A stretch of DNA of 64,000 nt from Lepidodermella squamata (lineage: Eukaryota; Animalia; Gastrotricha), in the NCBI GenBank assembly GCA_047495785.1, contig JBLDXI010000013.1, positions 1 to 64,000 on the forward strand, written 5' to 3'. Position 1 is the stretch's first letter. The number at the start of each line of letters is the position of its first letter. Both the position numbers and the translations under genes were made by a program. Under the pieces are notes generated by a model. The model did not search any database and was not told the DNA's origin. It saw only the letters and a program-made list of their open reading frames with translations. Positions 46,776 through 61,669 of the stretch are shown in pieces.

Positions 46776-49700
46776 ACAATCATTTTTACAGATATTGCCG
46801 TAACATCTCTTCATACTACTGAATATTATTATTGAAAATGTGATACATATTTCAATTCGCCTGTCGGGGTATTTTTTTTATTCTGCCCGGATCTCAGGTC
46901 GCCCGTTTCTAAAGCAAAAGCTTTCATCTGTTGCCTAAACATAAGCTTCCCGATAATCCGGGTAGGATAAAGAAACCACCCCCAAATATGTTTAGTTGGA
47001 ACTCGCTCGCTACGTATTTCTAACCGGCGCCATTTGATTTTCGATGCACCTTCGTTGTGACACCCGCATTGTAAGTCGCCAAACTGATGCTCCTTTCTTT
47101 TCGTGTCTCCCAATCGTTTATAGTGTTTTCTAAAAAAAACCGATTTGATCTGATCATAGCCTGCCGCCGATCAGTTCGCCTCGTAATTGCTCCCCTCTCG
47201 AGTTTCTTCCCATTTTATACGATATTTTCTGAAAATACAAATTGGTCAAATTTGCATTGAACCCTTTGCTGCTACCATTCTTACCGTTTGTTTGTGTCAT
47301 AATATGATTTCTAAGAAGCTCTGCGACTTGAAAAGGCGATGACGGCCCTTTAGTTTCAAAGACTTGCAATACTGATTTAAAGGTATCAATTGTGTACATT
47401 TGTAATATCATTCGTTCACCCCAATCATCAATTTCGATGCCGTTATCAACGCGAAAGTTATTTATTTATTATTTGGGGAACGATGATCCCATTTCAAATT
47501 TGAACCCCTTCAAACATTTTTTATGATCAATATGATGAATTAGCTCGAATGCAGCTGCTCTTGCTTCGTGTAACGCAATTATTATTGGCTATTATTATTG
47601 GCAACACCGTAATTGTTATTTCTGCTACTCTTGTAATATTATTATTATTATTATTATATTATTATTAGGAGCGATTGTTATTTCAATGATCATCATTACG
47701 AAATAGATTTGATTTTTCAGCACTTGGAGATGAATAAAATGTTTATTTGCCGATCTGGTCATAGTGATGTCATTTCTTTTGATATAGTCTCGCAAAACCT
47801 GTGCATTTTTTTGCGTTTTCCGTCGCTGTACATGGTGCGACGCGGCATCATTCATCGTACTACAGACTACAGGCGCGGCAATTATATCAATCTCTCGACA
47901 CGTATCGCCTGGTGGTCAATTTAGCACGCCTCACACCTGGCAAGTTTAGCGCTCTTGTAAAAACACTGCTGCCGAGCTATGGGAAGCGAGCGTGATGGTT
48001 CGCGTGAATAATGCAGCAAGACGCCACGAGGCGCGCAAAGACATTGACGATGCCGGTCGGCGGGCGTAGGCGCAGGCTGGGTCGGCGAGTGGCGCAGTGG
48101 ATCAGTGGCGCGGCGCACGTCGACGGAGTACGAGGCGTCGTGCGCGCGCATGTTTTATTGATGGGCTCGTAATGTGATAATGCGCATCGACAACGAAGGC
48201 GCAGGTCGAGATCAATCCGGCCCCTTATTTGCTCAAGTGCCCGATCTGTCAACGCGCGACAGCTCCACTTACGCCACCGCTCCAGTCTGAATTATGCATT
48301 GAGCCAATCAATCGCTTAGCAGTTACACCTGACAGTGACACGACACCTGCTTGTTTTTATTTTTATTGCCCACCAGTGCGCCACAGTGTCTTGTGCCGCT
48401 GCTGTGCGTGCCCGGCAAGGCCGAGCCGATTGAGGCCCAGCCATGTTTTATTCAAGCCAATCAAGTTGGATATAATGAACGCCAAAACACAAGGGCAGCT
48501 GCGTGCCGCTTATGCATTTATTAACGCCTCTCGTTGGCCGATCGCTTGGCCCTCAACGTTTAACAGGCTCCATCGAGCCGTCAAGTGGTGCCAAACGGCA
48601 GCTCTTGGTCTTCGCTTTCAAGCGACGCAACACTATTCATTGTTTTCGAATTCAATTAAATGTTTTTGTCACTCATGAATCTTTGCTGGCTTCTAGCAAC
48701 TAAATTTACCCATATTATGTTTCAATTGAATTTTTGTAAGGATCTGAATGATTGCAATAGCAAGTGCCCGTGTACAGTCGATCGGCTTATACTTCGTGTG
48801 TTAATGCGCTGTGTTGAGCTGTAAATCTGGGAAGGAGGATGATGATGATAGGATAATAACAAAATAAGAAAGAGAGTGAGTAGGTTGATTTATTGACGCT
48901 GGCTATGGTATTATCTCGGCTGGCAGTCGTTGGGACGATAATGAGAAGATGCGCTGCTAGACGCGCGCCCCGCTGCTCCTGCAACGAGGCTGCTGAGCGA
49001 CGGCAATCGCGATACGATGAACAGCCGATGAGCTGCTCACCACAACGCTGGTTCGAACTGCTGGCTGCCGAGCCTTGAAATCTCGCGATAAGGAGATAGC
49101 GGCGTAAGAGAGCGCGCAAGAGAGTGTGAACAACAGTGCAGGCGCGGCGGAAGGTGCGCGATTCGTTTGCGAAAGAGTGATGAGTAATTGGAAACAGATA
49201 ACGCACGCACGCACAAGCGCGCGCATATCGCCAATCACGCATCGCAATTCGCGAAGCCTGGCGAACGTATGTATGCAACTTTACCAGCCGGCGCCAACCA
49301 CCCAGGCTTGCGTCTCTCTATATCAGTTTCAGCACTTTCTCATCGCGACTACTTCAGAATCGGCCAATTAGTGTTATTGCTTGTTATTACTTGGTGTATA
49401 TAATACTCCAATCATCCCATCAGACGGGAAGCCAACATGAATGAAACCTTCAAAATATACATGGATGCGATACTTACGCCGTTGCGATGCACGTGTTCGT
49501 AGGCTGCAACTTTTACCGAAGCAGTGATCGCATGATAGGCGCAGCGGGATTAAACCGACCGATATTATCATCGCCCGGGTAGATTCTACACAGATATCAA
49601 GCGTGTTGCAACAGCGTAAAACCGCTACGCAAGCTGGCTGAACACGTGTCACAGCTGTTAGTACGCATTATAAAGCATAGGCCTATGATTTTTTCAGGTC

Positions 49701-51508
49701 CGGAGTGCATCTCGTGTCATTTTTTTCGAAATGTATTTTCGAAAGGTCAGTTTGATCACAGCATCTGATGTCAGAAAAAGTTATATTACCTTTCACTCAA
49801 GAAAATGTTCGTAAATGGACGGCGAGCTTGCAATCGTTTTAAAATAGAACTAACTTTTCGTTTTTCTTCCGCGAGCCTTACTTTCAAAGAACCTTGGGTA
49901 TTACACGTCGATGAATCATGGGTGAATTGATATGATATTTCATGATTGATCATTTTCTGCCCATGTTTAATTAGCAAATTTTCTCACTCGAAAACCGGCG
50001 AAGAATTCTTAGAATAAAGATCCGCCAGAATAAAAAGAAATCCGCATCGGGAGCGAATATGAAAGATAAAATAACGAAAATTGCTTTTACTCGGCGTTCG
50101 TCAGTCGAACAAATACGCCAACAGCAACTCAATTACAGCTGCAATACTTGTTATTGCGATATACATCCGTCTCTGTTTAGCCGCACCACTTGAAACAACA
50201 AACAGCCGATGTCAGAGACGTATAAGTGATTGATCATGCTGCAATAACAATCAATTTGCCATCAATGCCCCAACCCTCTATACCATCATCAATACTTTCT
50301 CGGGAACATCGACTACATATCGCCAGACAGTGATTTATCAATAGATGAGGATATATTCGTAATTGCAACGAAAGTCAGCAACTTTATTACATGACGGCGT
50401 CAGTATACATTATTTCATAGATCAAACAGCGAAAATTATTTTTAGATCAGTTATATTATTCACATGGAATAATTGCTATCGTCGGCAATATAATAATAAT
50501 TAATAAATGTTGAATATAGAATATGGGATACAGCATTTCGGAATAATAGAACTAAATAAATATTTGAATGCTGGAATTTCAACAAATGATGCATAAAATT
50601 GTCGATGGCGTTACATGGCCATGATTGGAAATATGCGAAATTTCTAAGTTCAAAAATCAAACGGTTAAGGAATGTTCACATCGAGCAGCAAAAACTTGAC
50701 AACTTTATACAAATATCGGGAAGAAATGTGATTCCAGTAAAATGATGACTACAACAAACGCGAGGAGCAATGTCGACTGATGAACGGATAACATAACACA
50801 CTTGATTGCGTTCAATGAAGTAGCACAAAGGCAGCGATAATATAAGAGTAATAGTTTTTCAAGAAAAGGAAAATGACGTAAGGAATAAGGTCAAATCGCA
50901 GGGTTTATCAACGATTGGATGGAATGAGTAGCTGCAGTTTTTACGCACAGCGTCAGATCTTTGATATGCGTCTCAAAAGCCTCAAAGATTCTCAAAACAT
51001 TAAAATAATATAAACGATAGTAATTGGAAGATATATTTTGCGCAGATCTTTTGCACATGTCGCTTCGCACTGCAGGAAGACGCACGATTTAGGGAAAACT
51101 AAAAAAATATTGATCAGCTCACATATGCCCTTTGAATTGCAACATTCTTTAGCAGGGACATTTCCACAAAACACACGTATTTGACCGTCTACAATCAGTC
51201 ATATCGTCGCAAATCATTCATCTCGAAGTATTAATTGCATGTTGAGTTCGATGGAGAAAAGTCATCATCGATTAACGCGACCGCCAAAGACAAAAAGGTT
51301 CAGCTAATACTGCAATTGAGTTGATCACAAAGGCATCGCGCTGAGGGCAGTTGACTCGACTGGGATAAAGAAGTTTTCAGAAAAGCAAGCGCATCGAATA
51401 CAGTAAGTTATGTGCTTTTTGTTAATGAAACAAGCTTGAAGAGTCAAATACGTATATAAGTTGATTGTAAGATTTGCTCATGATTTTTTTTCATCAACTG
51501 CCAAGTAT

Positions 51509-54500
51509 TTAAGATGCAGGAATCTGTGCGACAAACATTTCAACGTTTTTGGTAATCGGAGCGCCATTGTTCATCATCGTAGATGCCAACGGTTTGCGGC
51601 TGCGCTCGGCGACCGCGCGTTCGGCCTCCAATCGAGAAGCGAACATGATCATCGCATCACCTGTAGGCTGGCCATCGGCCGTCACGCTCAGCTGCACCGC
51701 TTCAGGGGGCATCTAGACATGGAGAAAAAAATTAACTTTAATCAATGAGAAATTCAGACTAGTCTTACGTCGAGCAATCCGTCGAAAATGCGCGCAACAT
51801 CGTTAGCGGTGGCATTTTGCGGCAGGCCACGTACGATGACTTGGGTCGGGCCGTTTGCGGCAGCGGGACTTTGGGCGAAGGCGGCTTGTTGTTGGAAGGC
51901 TAGGTAAGCACTGAGCGGTGAAGCAAACATAGCTTGCATTTGGGCATGTCCAGCGGAGCTAGGGGCATAAGCATTCAGTGGGCTTGTCATGGCCACGTTG
52001 CCGTTGCCAGCAGCGCACGTCGTCGGGGTCGGGAAGTAGTAACCCAGCGATTGGTGGTACTGTAGCGACACAGGGCGGGGTACCCCAGCGCCTGTGTTCG
52101 GTGGCAGCAAAACATTACCGGCATTCGAGAAGGTCGAAGTAGACCCGACTCCGGAAGTTGCAATAGTCATCGGTGGCGCAAGGCCTCCCCCACCGGGCAA
52201 CATCGATGGCGGTGCGCTCAGCAGAGTGATAGTAGCGCCCGGGGATAAAAACTGCGACAAGGACTGCTCGGCTGCAAACTTCTGCTGGGCTGCGGCCTGT
52301 TGCTGCTGTTGATGGTGATGCTGGGCTTGTTGCTGCTGCTGTTGTTGATGGAGCAACAGAGCCGATGTTTGCTGTGCCTGTTGCTGCTGCAGAGCGGCGT
52401 GGAAGTTGGCAGCTAGTGGAGTGGTCGGCGGCGTAGCGAAGGTGGGCTGGAAAGCGTTCTGCGCAAGTGACGGGGCCGGTGATACCGATCCAGTGGCTAA
52501 TATCATCTGCATCTCGTCGCCCGAACACACAATGACGTCAACAAGGCGCCGTTTGCCGGCCAGGTTCATCTGCTTGCGGTTGCGAGCAGCGGCGGCGGTT
52601 TCTGCAGCTTGCTCGCTGCACATTCGAATGTAGGCCTCGCCGGACGGGGCGCCGTTCGGAAGGTAGACAAGGTGTACGCCTTGATAAACAATCTTCTTCG
52701 AGTGTTCAGGGCCGAGAAACTGCAGGATATCGTTCACGGTAGTTTCTTGGGGCAATCCGCGGAGTCGAATCATGTCTCGCGCGGCGCCATTGCCGAAAAG
52801 CGTCGACGGCAGGAACTGCATGACACCCAGCTGCGCTAACAGGTGCGGCGACAGCGGCTGCGGGATGGCAGCTGCGGCGGCAGCAGCAGCAGCGGCTGTT
52901 GGAACGAGAAAACAGTGATGGAAACTATTCAAGTTGAATGACAACTTACCAGCAGCGGCTGCGGCCTGTTCAGCTTGTTGCTGCGCAGCCTGGAGAGTTC
53001 CTTCGAGCGATCGATTCAGCACTTGTTGCACCTCTGCGGCCGTGCTTTTGAAAAGTTCAATGTAGCGGGTGCCGATGACTTGGCGATGACGAGTCAACGC
53101 TAGGGCGCCTTCTTCCTCGCTTCTCAGCATGACAAAGGCATCACCGGTTGCCCGACCATCGGGATGTTTCACGAATAGCACGCCTTTTTCTCCGTCAAGA
53201 ATATCGACTGAGGTTTCGTCATTTTGCTGGAAGAACTGGACCTGAAAGACAACAGAGAAAATATTAGTGAATCTGCGTATTCAGCAGTTTGATATTTCCA
53301 TAAATTCCACGGAGATGACAAGTCTTGTTTTAATGTTGCAGCTTTCATCCACCAACCACACCGAACCTGAGATACCATGAACGAAACCCAAAACATTTCC
53401 ACCATGAGGTAAGTGTGCATCAAGCTAATTATTCGAATCGAAATAGATAACCACCAACAGTTAACAAATGTCTTTATAGGCTTCACAAGAGATATTATAG
53501 CTAAAATTAAACCAAGACGCCGGTGTGGCAATAGGCCGCAGTGGATCTACTCAGCATCTTCTACGATGCTTGCAATTTTGGGCAGTGGTACGGCTGTGAC
53601 AACCAAGCTCAGATACCACGTGAACCTCAAATAAGGAAATAATTTTATTCCACGAGTCGTTGGCGTTTGATCAAAGAATTCCTCGATCAAACACCCATCA
53701 ACTCGTGTCCAAAATAAGGCCTTTCCGAATACTTGCGGCCTTGCAAACATCAAGCCTCGTGATGCAGCATCTCAACACCAAGGCAGGCCGCAAGTCATAT
53801 CACGGTATTTAGTTGATATTAGGAAATAATAACTCACCAGCGCCCATCAACGGCACGCTCGTTGGAGCTTAAGATAAAATGCAGCAATTTAAAACATAGC
53901 GGATGACGATGACAGTGGTGGAAATAACATTCAACCAAAATTCAAAAGCTTGTCTACCCATATTTGACTGATAGCTAGCTATCTTTCATAATTCATCGGG
54001 AAGATTTTAGAAATCAACTTACTATTTGGGCAGCGGTGCATGTATATGGAAGGCCTCGCATTCGAATGATGACACTGCCGGGGCGTGACAGAAACGCCTG
54101 GGCATCCGCTGAAGTACCTGTAATGTGCACGTGAAGACGTTGAGAAATAGCGTTTAAATGGGCATTCGTTGACGACAACGCGTTGTAACGCCTTAACACA
54201 TTAAACAAAAAAGCGATAGTTACAAGCACCTTGAAAATTAAGTCTCAACTACCTAAGCAAGCGTTGAACGTCTGGTGGGTACGATGCGTGGTGGAGCGCC
54301 AACACGTTGGGGTAACTTGGCGGCGCAGCCTGTGACGTAGCCGCAGCAGCAACGCAAGGCAACGCGGCACTGCTGATGTACTGGTGGCAAGCACCCGCAG
54401 GTGGTTCAAGCGCGCTATATATGCCAACGTCAATCGACGGCGAAGCGACCGGAGCTGACGTTAACAGGTGGCAAATTTTGGCGCCTCCACTTTGCTGATG

Positions 54501-56840
54501 GTAGGCAACACTGCTCGGTTCAGCAGTCATTAATGTCGGCAGGGCCAACATAGCCGCAGGTGGCTGCTGAGCAAAATGGTGAACGGGTTCAAGCCGAAGG
54601 GGCTCGATCGACTCCGCAGAAGCCTGGTGATCAGCTTCGGGAATCTTATCGGCTTGTGAAGCCATTAGGATAAGCGACTTGGAAAAGCGAGAAATCGGAA
54701 GAATTAAACTAGCAAAATGCTTAAAAGACAAGCCGGTTAGTGAGAATTGGGCGCGCAGTAACTGGGCGACGGCGAGATGCGCCCGCTTGTTGACACAGTG
54801 ATGTGACGTCGATGGAATTTTGTCTTGTTACCGTAGAAGAACTCGTGAGCGCGCTTGAAACGAAGCGGCGGCTGATGCGGCTAATAGGCGCCTATTACCG
54901 CAATATCATGACACTCGTGGGCGCGCAAATAAAAGTTGACACAAAATGCGACAAATATACAGGTACGATGCGAAATAGGCAGCGAGTGAGCGTGTTGCGA
55001 AACCAGTGGCAATAAGATTCTCGCGCCTGGGTCGTGTTTGAGCGCGCGCGTGCGTGTTTGCCTAGTTGAAATTTACAAAAATTCGAGGGTCTCGACGATT
55101 GCGGAGCGAATACATGCCACGCCGAGCGTTGCGCTGCACAATTTACTTTCCTAAGCTTTCAATTAAAGAGCAAATTGCACTAGCATTCCAATCTTATTCA
55201 ACAGGTTTTTATGTCGACAGCACAAATGAGCGAGATAGCAGGCACAGACGGCGAGCCTAATTGCCAGTAAACTCGCCCTAATAATGTCACTTTTTCTGAT
55301 AGATCTTGAGCAACAACCTCTAGGCCGACGAATGTTTCTTGATCAGGCCGTAGATAATAGTTAGTACATTATAAAGGTTATTAGTGTTCAGGCCAGCAAT
55401 TACAACCGCATTGTCGTCAACATTCAGTTTTGGGCAAGTATAGAAAATAATAAAAGATTAGCTCACCTGCAGCCACAGCGATGAAGTTCTTGCCAGTATC
55501 TCGGTAGACCTCGATGTAACGTTGTCTAAATAGTTATAAATTTTTTAATAAAAAGCCAATTGAAAAAGTTTAGTGAAGACAAACCCAAGATGATGTTTAT
55601 GCTTGCGCATGGCCAACTCGCGTTGTTGACGATTGACAAATCGGATCAGAGCCTCGCCGTTACGCCTACCTTGCGCACTGAGGCATAGCGCAACACCGCC
55701 CCTTTAGTTATATTAATGTAAACATTAGTAAAAATAATGCTTTTTTAGCGAAAATCTTACTTAGCGATATTGAGTCCTCTAAAAAACCGCGCAATTTCGT
55801 GGTCCGAACACTGCCAAGGAAGACCTCGCACGCGAACAACGCAGTCATCAGAGACAACTTCATCGGGAAAACTGTGAGGCAAAACAAACCGGCATGTAAA
55901 ATAATCAAGTATATAGATGAACGTTCTAACCAAATGCCCGGTTCGAGTTCACTAGCTATGCGTTCGGGTTCGGGAAATTTGTGATCGTCTGCCACCAACT
56001 TGCTCAAGACTGCACCCATTTGATGAAGCTGCCTCAGACCGTATTCAGCAGGAAAGTCTTTGTGAATGGCCAAACCTTAAAGAAAATATATGTTCAGGCA
56101 TGAACATTTTAACTTTTTTTACTCCTACTGTTAATGATGTCGCTGAGGGATGATGCTGTGGCGGTCTTGTAATGCCTGTGGACCTCTTCGCGGAGGTCGT
56201 AATAGTTGAAAGCCCATTTGGGCAGAGGGATGTCTTTCTGGGAGCACTCGGCATGAATCACCATGCGCGCATGAAGCGGGCCATCGCAGACAAAGCCAAT
56301 GGACGCCGATGCGTCAGACGGCAATCGGCTTGTCACGAAGTCGACCATCTGAAAAGATAAAAGCAAAATCAGGTACATTTTATTCAGCGTTTACAGTTGG
56401 GGAAAATCTGCTTTAAAGAGCACAGCATTAAATCAAAGGTTAGGGGAGTAATTTGCTATTTTCTTCGTTCAACTTACATTGCGAACAGCTAAGTCAAGTG
56501 TTGGCGCGTCTGACAGCTGCGCATCGTCGATAGCTGTCTCCTGGCGACATTCGCTGGTAAGAAAGGCAGCTGCTTTATGAGCATGCGTCGCGTCATCGGT
56601 GTCGCGTTCTTCGTCCATGGCATTGGCGCTGCCGATCGGCAACGGGCTGCCGTTTGCAGATGCCAAATACCGACTCGGGCGCACAAACGAGCGCTCGGCC
56701 CCAATAATTGTGTTCGAAGCCACATCGAACAGCATGTAGGCAATGAGCACGATCTCACTTTCATCGGCGCCAAGATTGTCGGCGTTTTGGCCCGCAGTAA
56801 CAACAAAAACAGGCACGAGGTAACTAGGCGCTGGCGTCAT
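51509..56840 (-). CDS. ESRP: Epithelial splicing regulatory protein (ESRP/fusilli/sym-2 family), multi-exon
   Basis: N-terminal [11 protein letters not shown]...[11 protein letters not shown] domain; quasi-RRMs (RARGLPWQ...[11 protein letters not shown]; IIRMRGLPY...[10 protein letters not shown]...IGTRYIELF; IRLRGLP...QGVHLV...PSGEAYI); a fourth RRM-like segment near the C-terminus. The start may lie further upstream. Confidence 0.92.
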
Positions 56841-59800
56841 TTCAGTTGAATCGCTGCAAGTGCGGCTTTTCTTGGCCCGGGAACACACTGGCGAAGATGA
56901 ATTCGACGAGATGTTGCGCTCGCTAGAAATCGAGGATCGAAAGTCCAGGATCGCACCGAATAAATACACCTGATAAATCTCTATAAACAAAAGTAGGTCA
57001 CAAAAATAGAATTAGTAATAACAGTTTTTCGGCACCGGGCGATGCAGTGGTTCAAGCGGGCCGATAACCAACGCTCGCTCACCTGTCGTGGCTGTCGCCA
57101 GTCAGCACCAGCCACAGTTCCCAGCAAAAGCGATTACACTTTATCTATAACCACCTATTGGTATATACTTGTTTATTTATTTATTTATCATATTCTCGTA
57201 AATCGCGAACAGACCCAATAGACCCACCTACGCCCACCGTAAAAGTTACCCGGGAAATTAAAACAACGAAAAACGCTACGCTAAGTAATTCTTATTAGTG
57301 CACAAGATACAGGATCACAAGACATAGAGAGTTATTTACAGCCAAATTAGTCGCCAGGTATCAACATCAGCTTAGGTGGCGTGACAGCGGGCATCGTTAA
57401 ATGCGCGCTGGCATTTGTGGAGAAAGCAGTAATGGACTAACTTTATCTGTAACTGCAGCAGGGCCATTCTTTGCTACCGTTCGCGTTCACACGTTCGCGA
57501 AGCAGTGACGCGCATCAGTCGATGGTGCGCGGTGATTCAACCGCACTAGCCTGGCGCTTTGTTGCGGCGAAAAGCGCACGGCTCCAGCGCGCGTCACGAC
57601 AAAACACACCAGGTATCTATCTCGAGAGGTCATCGCCTTGCGTGCGCGCGCGACGATATCGACTGAATGGACGAGGGAACGCAAGAGTGGGCAAAGCATC
57701 GCCGGCGACTTGAAAGCCAAGACGCAACCAAGACGCATCGGAAAATGACGACGTCAATCGACCAAGGAATTCGACTAATGTTCCATTTAAATAATAATGT
57801 TACATCCATCGAATTCGTTTACTTATTTCGTATCGAATATAGAACCGGAGTTTAAGGAATAAGTAGTAGAGGACTTCAAACATGCGCGCGCGCACACACG
57901 TTTATTTACCTGTTGGATGCTGTTACAAGTCAATGACTGAGTTAAACTGGTTATTCCTGTTGAAATAATTCGTCCAATCATTAATCTTTGTCAACAAGAT
58001 TTATTCCAAAACAGTTGTAACCCGGTTTTTGGCATGTAAATTAGCGCCAGGTAAAGGGATTACTAGGGCTCTCATCTGATTTCTCGAATTCAAATGAAAA
58101 TGAAAATGATTATATTCTTTTACTTCCCCGCGACTGGGCTTCTATACCCTTTCGGGTTTTGAGGAAGGCGAAGGCAAGGAAACCCAATCCGCGCGGGAAA
58201 CCCAATCGTCATCCGCGCCCACGACCGAAAATATCTTGCTTTTGTTTCCCGAACAACGATCCTGATTTTTTTTAGAAAAGAGCGTTATTGGAAAAACTGT
58301 ACCGCTCCGCTCTGGTAACAGTACGCAATGCTGAGAATAATAATGTTAGTGTGCGCTCAAAACGAAAAGAATAAAAAGTGCGCCTTAATAATTTTCGAAA
58401 TTAAATGATCGGCTCGCGTCAGCGACTCAAAACGCAAGAATTCGTCTATAAAGGGAAGAAAAGGAAGAGCGCCACGCGCAGAGGCCCATATTGGAAGACA
58501 GAGAGATTGGAAGACAGATTGGAAGATAGAGAGAATGGAAGAAAAAGAGAGGGTAGAGGAAGATCGAGGCGTCGAGCGCGTGCACAGCGTGCTAAATATA
58601 CGTGTTGATAAATGTTGATGGCTATAACAAGGTGTTTTGTTTGTTGTTATTGCTCGCGCGTCTGGCTAGGCTGCAATAAACTTGCCGTTGTCATGCGCGA
58701 CATTCTGAAAACACATAACGCGCGCAGCTTATGGACTTACTTGATTACTGCGCTCGCCTGATGCTCGAAAGGTGTGCTTGTCGTGTACTTATTGTTTGGC
58801 TGCGCGACTCTAGCCGCGCGACGATTTCGCTCACTGCTACGCCGCGGATGCGAATTTAGCTTTTTAGTTTGGATTTGTCGACGCGGACGCAGCAGATACC
58901 AAGCCTCTACTCGGCGATGAGGGTAGTAAGAAAACACGACGCTGTAGAAACTTCGGCTTCGATCATGATGATGGTAGTCGCTGCGGGCGCGATGCGTCTC
59001 TGTTGTCACAGCGGCCGTTACAGCGCGCATGACCGACGCATGACGGCCGTTGGCGAGGCCAGGCGGAACGTGTGTCAAAGGCCGGCGGTGAGCACCCCGG
59101 TGAGGCGCGACCTCCCAACAATCACCTCGAAAAATCTGCTGCCGACTGGCGAAACAACCGCCGACGCCGGCAGATCGTTAATTCTGATCACACACCACGC
59201 CATACTTGTGTGTGCGGCTGATAACGATGGCAATGATGGGGAAATTGAAATAAATCAAACGTCGAGTCGCTGTATTCAACAGGAAATACTAGGTTTTTTG
59301 CTGAACATGTGCTACACGTGAGCCGGTGTAGCTTATATTGTAAAAACTCTGCGATGACGAGCAGCAGTTGTTTTTTTGCGCCACGGCTGGTGCATGGGCG
59401 TAGGTATTAAAATATTGCAGCCACGTACGCATTTCGTACGTGTGCTAGCGAAGCATGGCGTTATTAATGGTAGCAAATATTACGCATTAATTCAAGCTCC
59501 GGGTCAACAACTGCAAGACAACTGCCGAGAGATGAGCCAACCCAATTTTACGACCGGCAAGACCAGGGCCCTAACTGCCATATAATTTACTTATGGTCAT
59601 GTTGGTTGATTTTTAAATAATCTCATCCACGCTTTAGGTTTAGGATATTATGGTCAAGTATTCAAATGATACTAGTAATTTTTTTTATCAAAAATGAAAG
59701 ATAAATTTAGGAATGATAACGAAATCCTGAGCAGACGATTAAGAGATGAATCCGTATGTCAATGAGGTGTGCTACGAATTTTAATTAAGCTATGCCTTCG

Positions 59801-61378
59801 AATTTTTTCGCACTATCCGAGGAAAAGTGACCGCCGGTAAAATTAAAGGTCACTAGAGTGCACGACATAGTAATTGGAAAACAAACCTGTAGGTAAAAAT
59901 ACTCAGTGCGAAATTTGTTTAGCAAGTTTAGCATCATCCTACTTCCTACTTGAGGTCATAAGCACGGGTTTGAAATGTCTCTCAAATATAAACCCATCCA
60001 ATTTAGTGTGGCGCACATGTGGCCTTCGAGGCTCAAAATCAAAATTAGAACAAGTGCGCCTTGAAATAAAATCGCCTAGATGAGACGCTCCAATAAAGAG
60101 GTAAAGAAAATAAAGAAATAGAGAATTAGAGATATAAAGAAGGCTGTGAAGGTGAATAACCTGTGATAGCACGCGGGCATGCGCTTCGGTGTTCGTGCGG
60201 CAGGGCTATAAAACCTATTAAACTGGCGGCGTCGTCTTCACCGTCGTCATGAGAATTATCATATTACGCGCGTTCTGCAGCGGCAATACCTTGAGCAAAA
60301 CGAGGCAACTATATGAAATCAAAAATTAAGGCTTTGCGTAACAGCGCGGCCACGTTGCGCGCCGGCTGCATCTAATTTGCCGCGCGCATCTTCGCGTCAC
60401 ATGCCGACCGGTCATCGAGCTTGCCATGCGCGGCCATAAAACAGCCTGCGCTGCTGGTGCCGCGGCACCAATATTGCACCGGTGAATTTGACTTGCCCGC
60501 GATGAAGGTTGGTGCGCAGCATCAGATCACCGGCAATTTAATGTCGTGCGCGGATGAAAAGTAGATGTCATAATTATCTTCTGAAATTAGAAAAACCATA
60601 AAACACGCTCAATACCCACCTCTCACTGCCGTTACAAGATGTAAATGTGGGCGTCAGACTAAGGCTTTTTATTTACTCAACTGCTCTCACCCTTCCGATG
60701 ATCAATACCCTTCTTTGGTCGTCGAATTGCGCTACCTGTTGCCTCAGCTGTTGATGGCAGAACGCGACGCGGCCTGTCGGCCGAAGTTCCGCGGAACTTG
60801 ATCAGCTGCGAAGAAACAAAACTGCCCCCGAGAACTCACACAGAATTCTCGCATTTCAATGACAGTTATCTCATAAGAATTTAATGATGCAAGGTCTATA
60901 TAATATTATATATTAACAAAACCTCCCATGATGCTGATGATTTCATGAGATAAAGCAATATGAGTGGGTAAAGCGTACTCTTAAAATAAATAATTATAAA
61001 AAATTAACTTTTATAATTAATTGCTCGATTCAACTGCAACAACCTTAACAAAACACATTTAGGTAATTAGCAATAGATGTCCTTCGTTTATTATTCCAAA
61101 AGCCAAGTTCTTTCGTAAAAAAACAGGTTTTATCGCCGGTTGGAAATTCTTACCTAAGCGAAACTTAGTAACCATACAAAAATAATGTTATGAAATATTT
61201 TTGAAATCACTGCTACTAGGTATACTGGAAACAGACGGCGATGATAACAGTTTCGGGCGTGTTTAGATGTTGAGACTCAGCTGGTATGGAGTGTAAAGAC
61301 AACACCGCCTAAACGAAGTCACAACAGAGACTTGGAGCCGTAAAACGAGAATTGTGACTGCTATAATATAAACCAAGT

Positions 61379-61669
61379 TCACTTGCGACCCCATTTGAAG
61401 AGCCATGGCTTGGCATTTCCTCCTGCCTGCGCTCCCAAACCGCCAGCGGAAGAGCGTCGATGAACTGACATCGCTCGCAGAAAACGTGGTTGAGTCTGTG
61501 GCGCAACTCGAGCCACATAAACTGACGAATCTAAGGCGCCGCGTTCCCCGAACCCGTCGAGAGTCATAATTGTTCGATCCTCATCAATGTTGGCCAACAC
61601 ACCATCAAGGACAAATAACAACAGCGTCGCAGATAAAGCCAAAGAGATGAGCCGAATGGCAATGGTCAT
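61379..61669 (-). CDS. Neuropeptide precursor (C-terminal ...KPWLFKW-amide)
   Basis: Hydrophobic signal peptide (MTIAIRLISLALSATLLLFVLDGVLA), dibasic RR site, terminal W-G-R-K amidation/cleavage signal, then stop. Confidence 0.75.
   Translation of the reverse strand: MTIAIRLISLALSATLLLFVLDGVLANIDEDRTIMTLDGFGERGALDSSVYVARVAPQTQPRFLRAMSVHRRSSAGGLGAQAGGNAKPWLFKWGRK

Noticed and set aside
47000-51400. Many short ORFs between FoxC and ESRP and at 57-61 kb
   Set aside because: They show no recognisable domains or splice-consistent structure, and are likely UTR or regulatory DNA.
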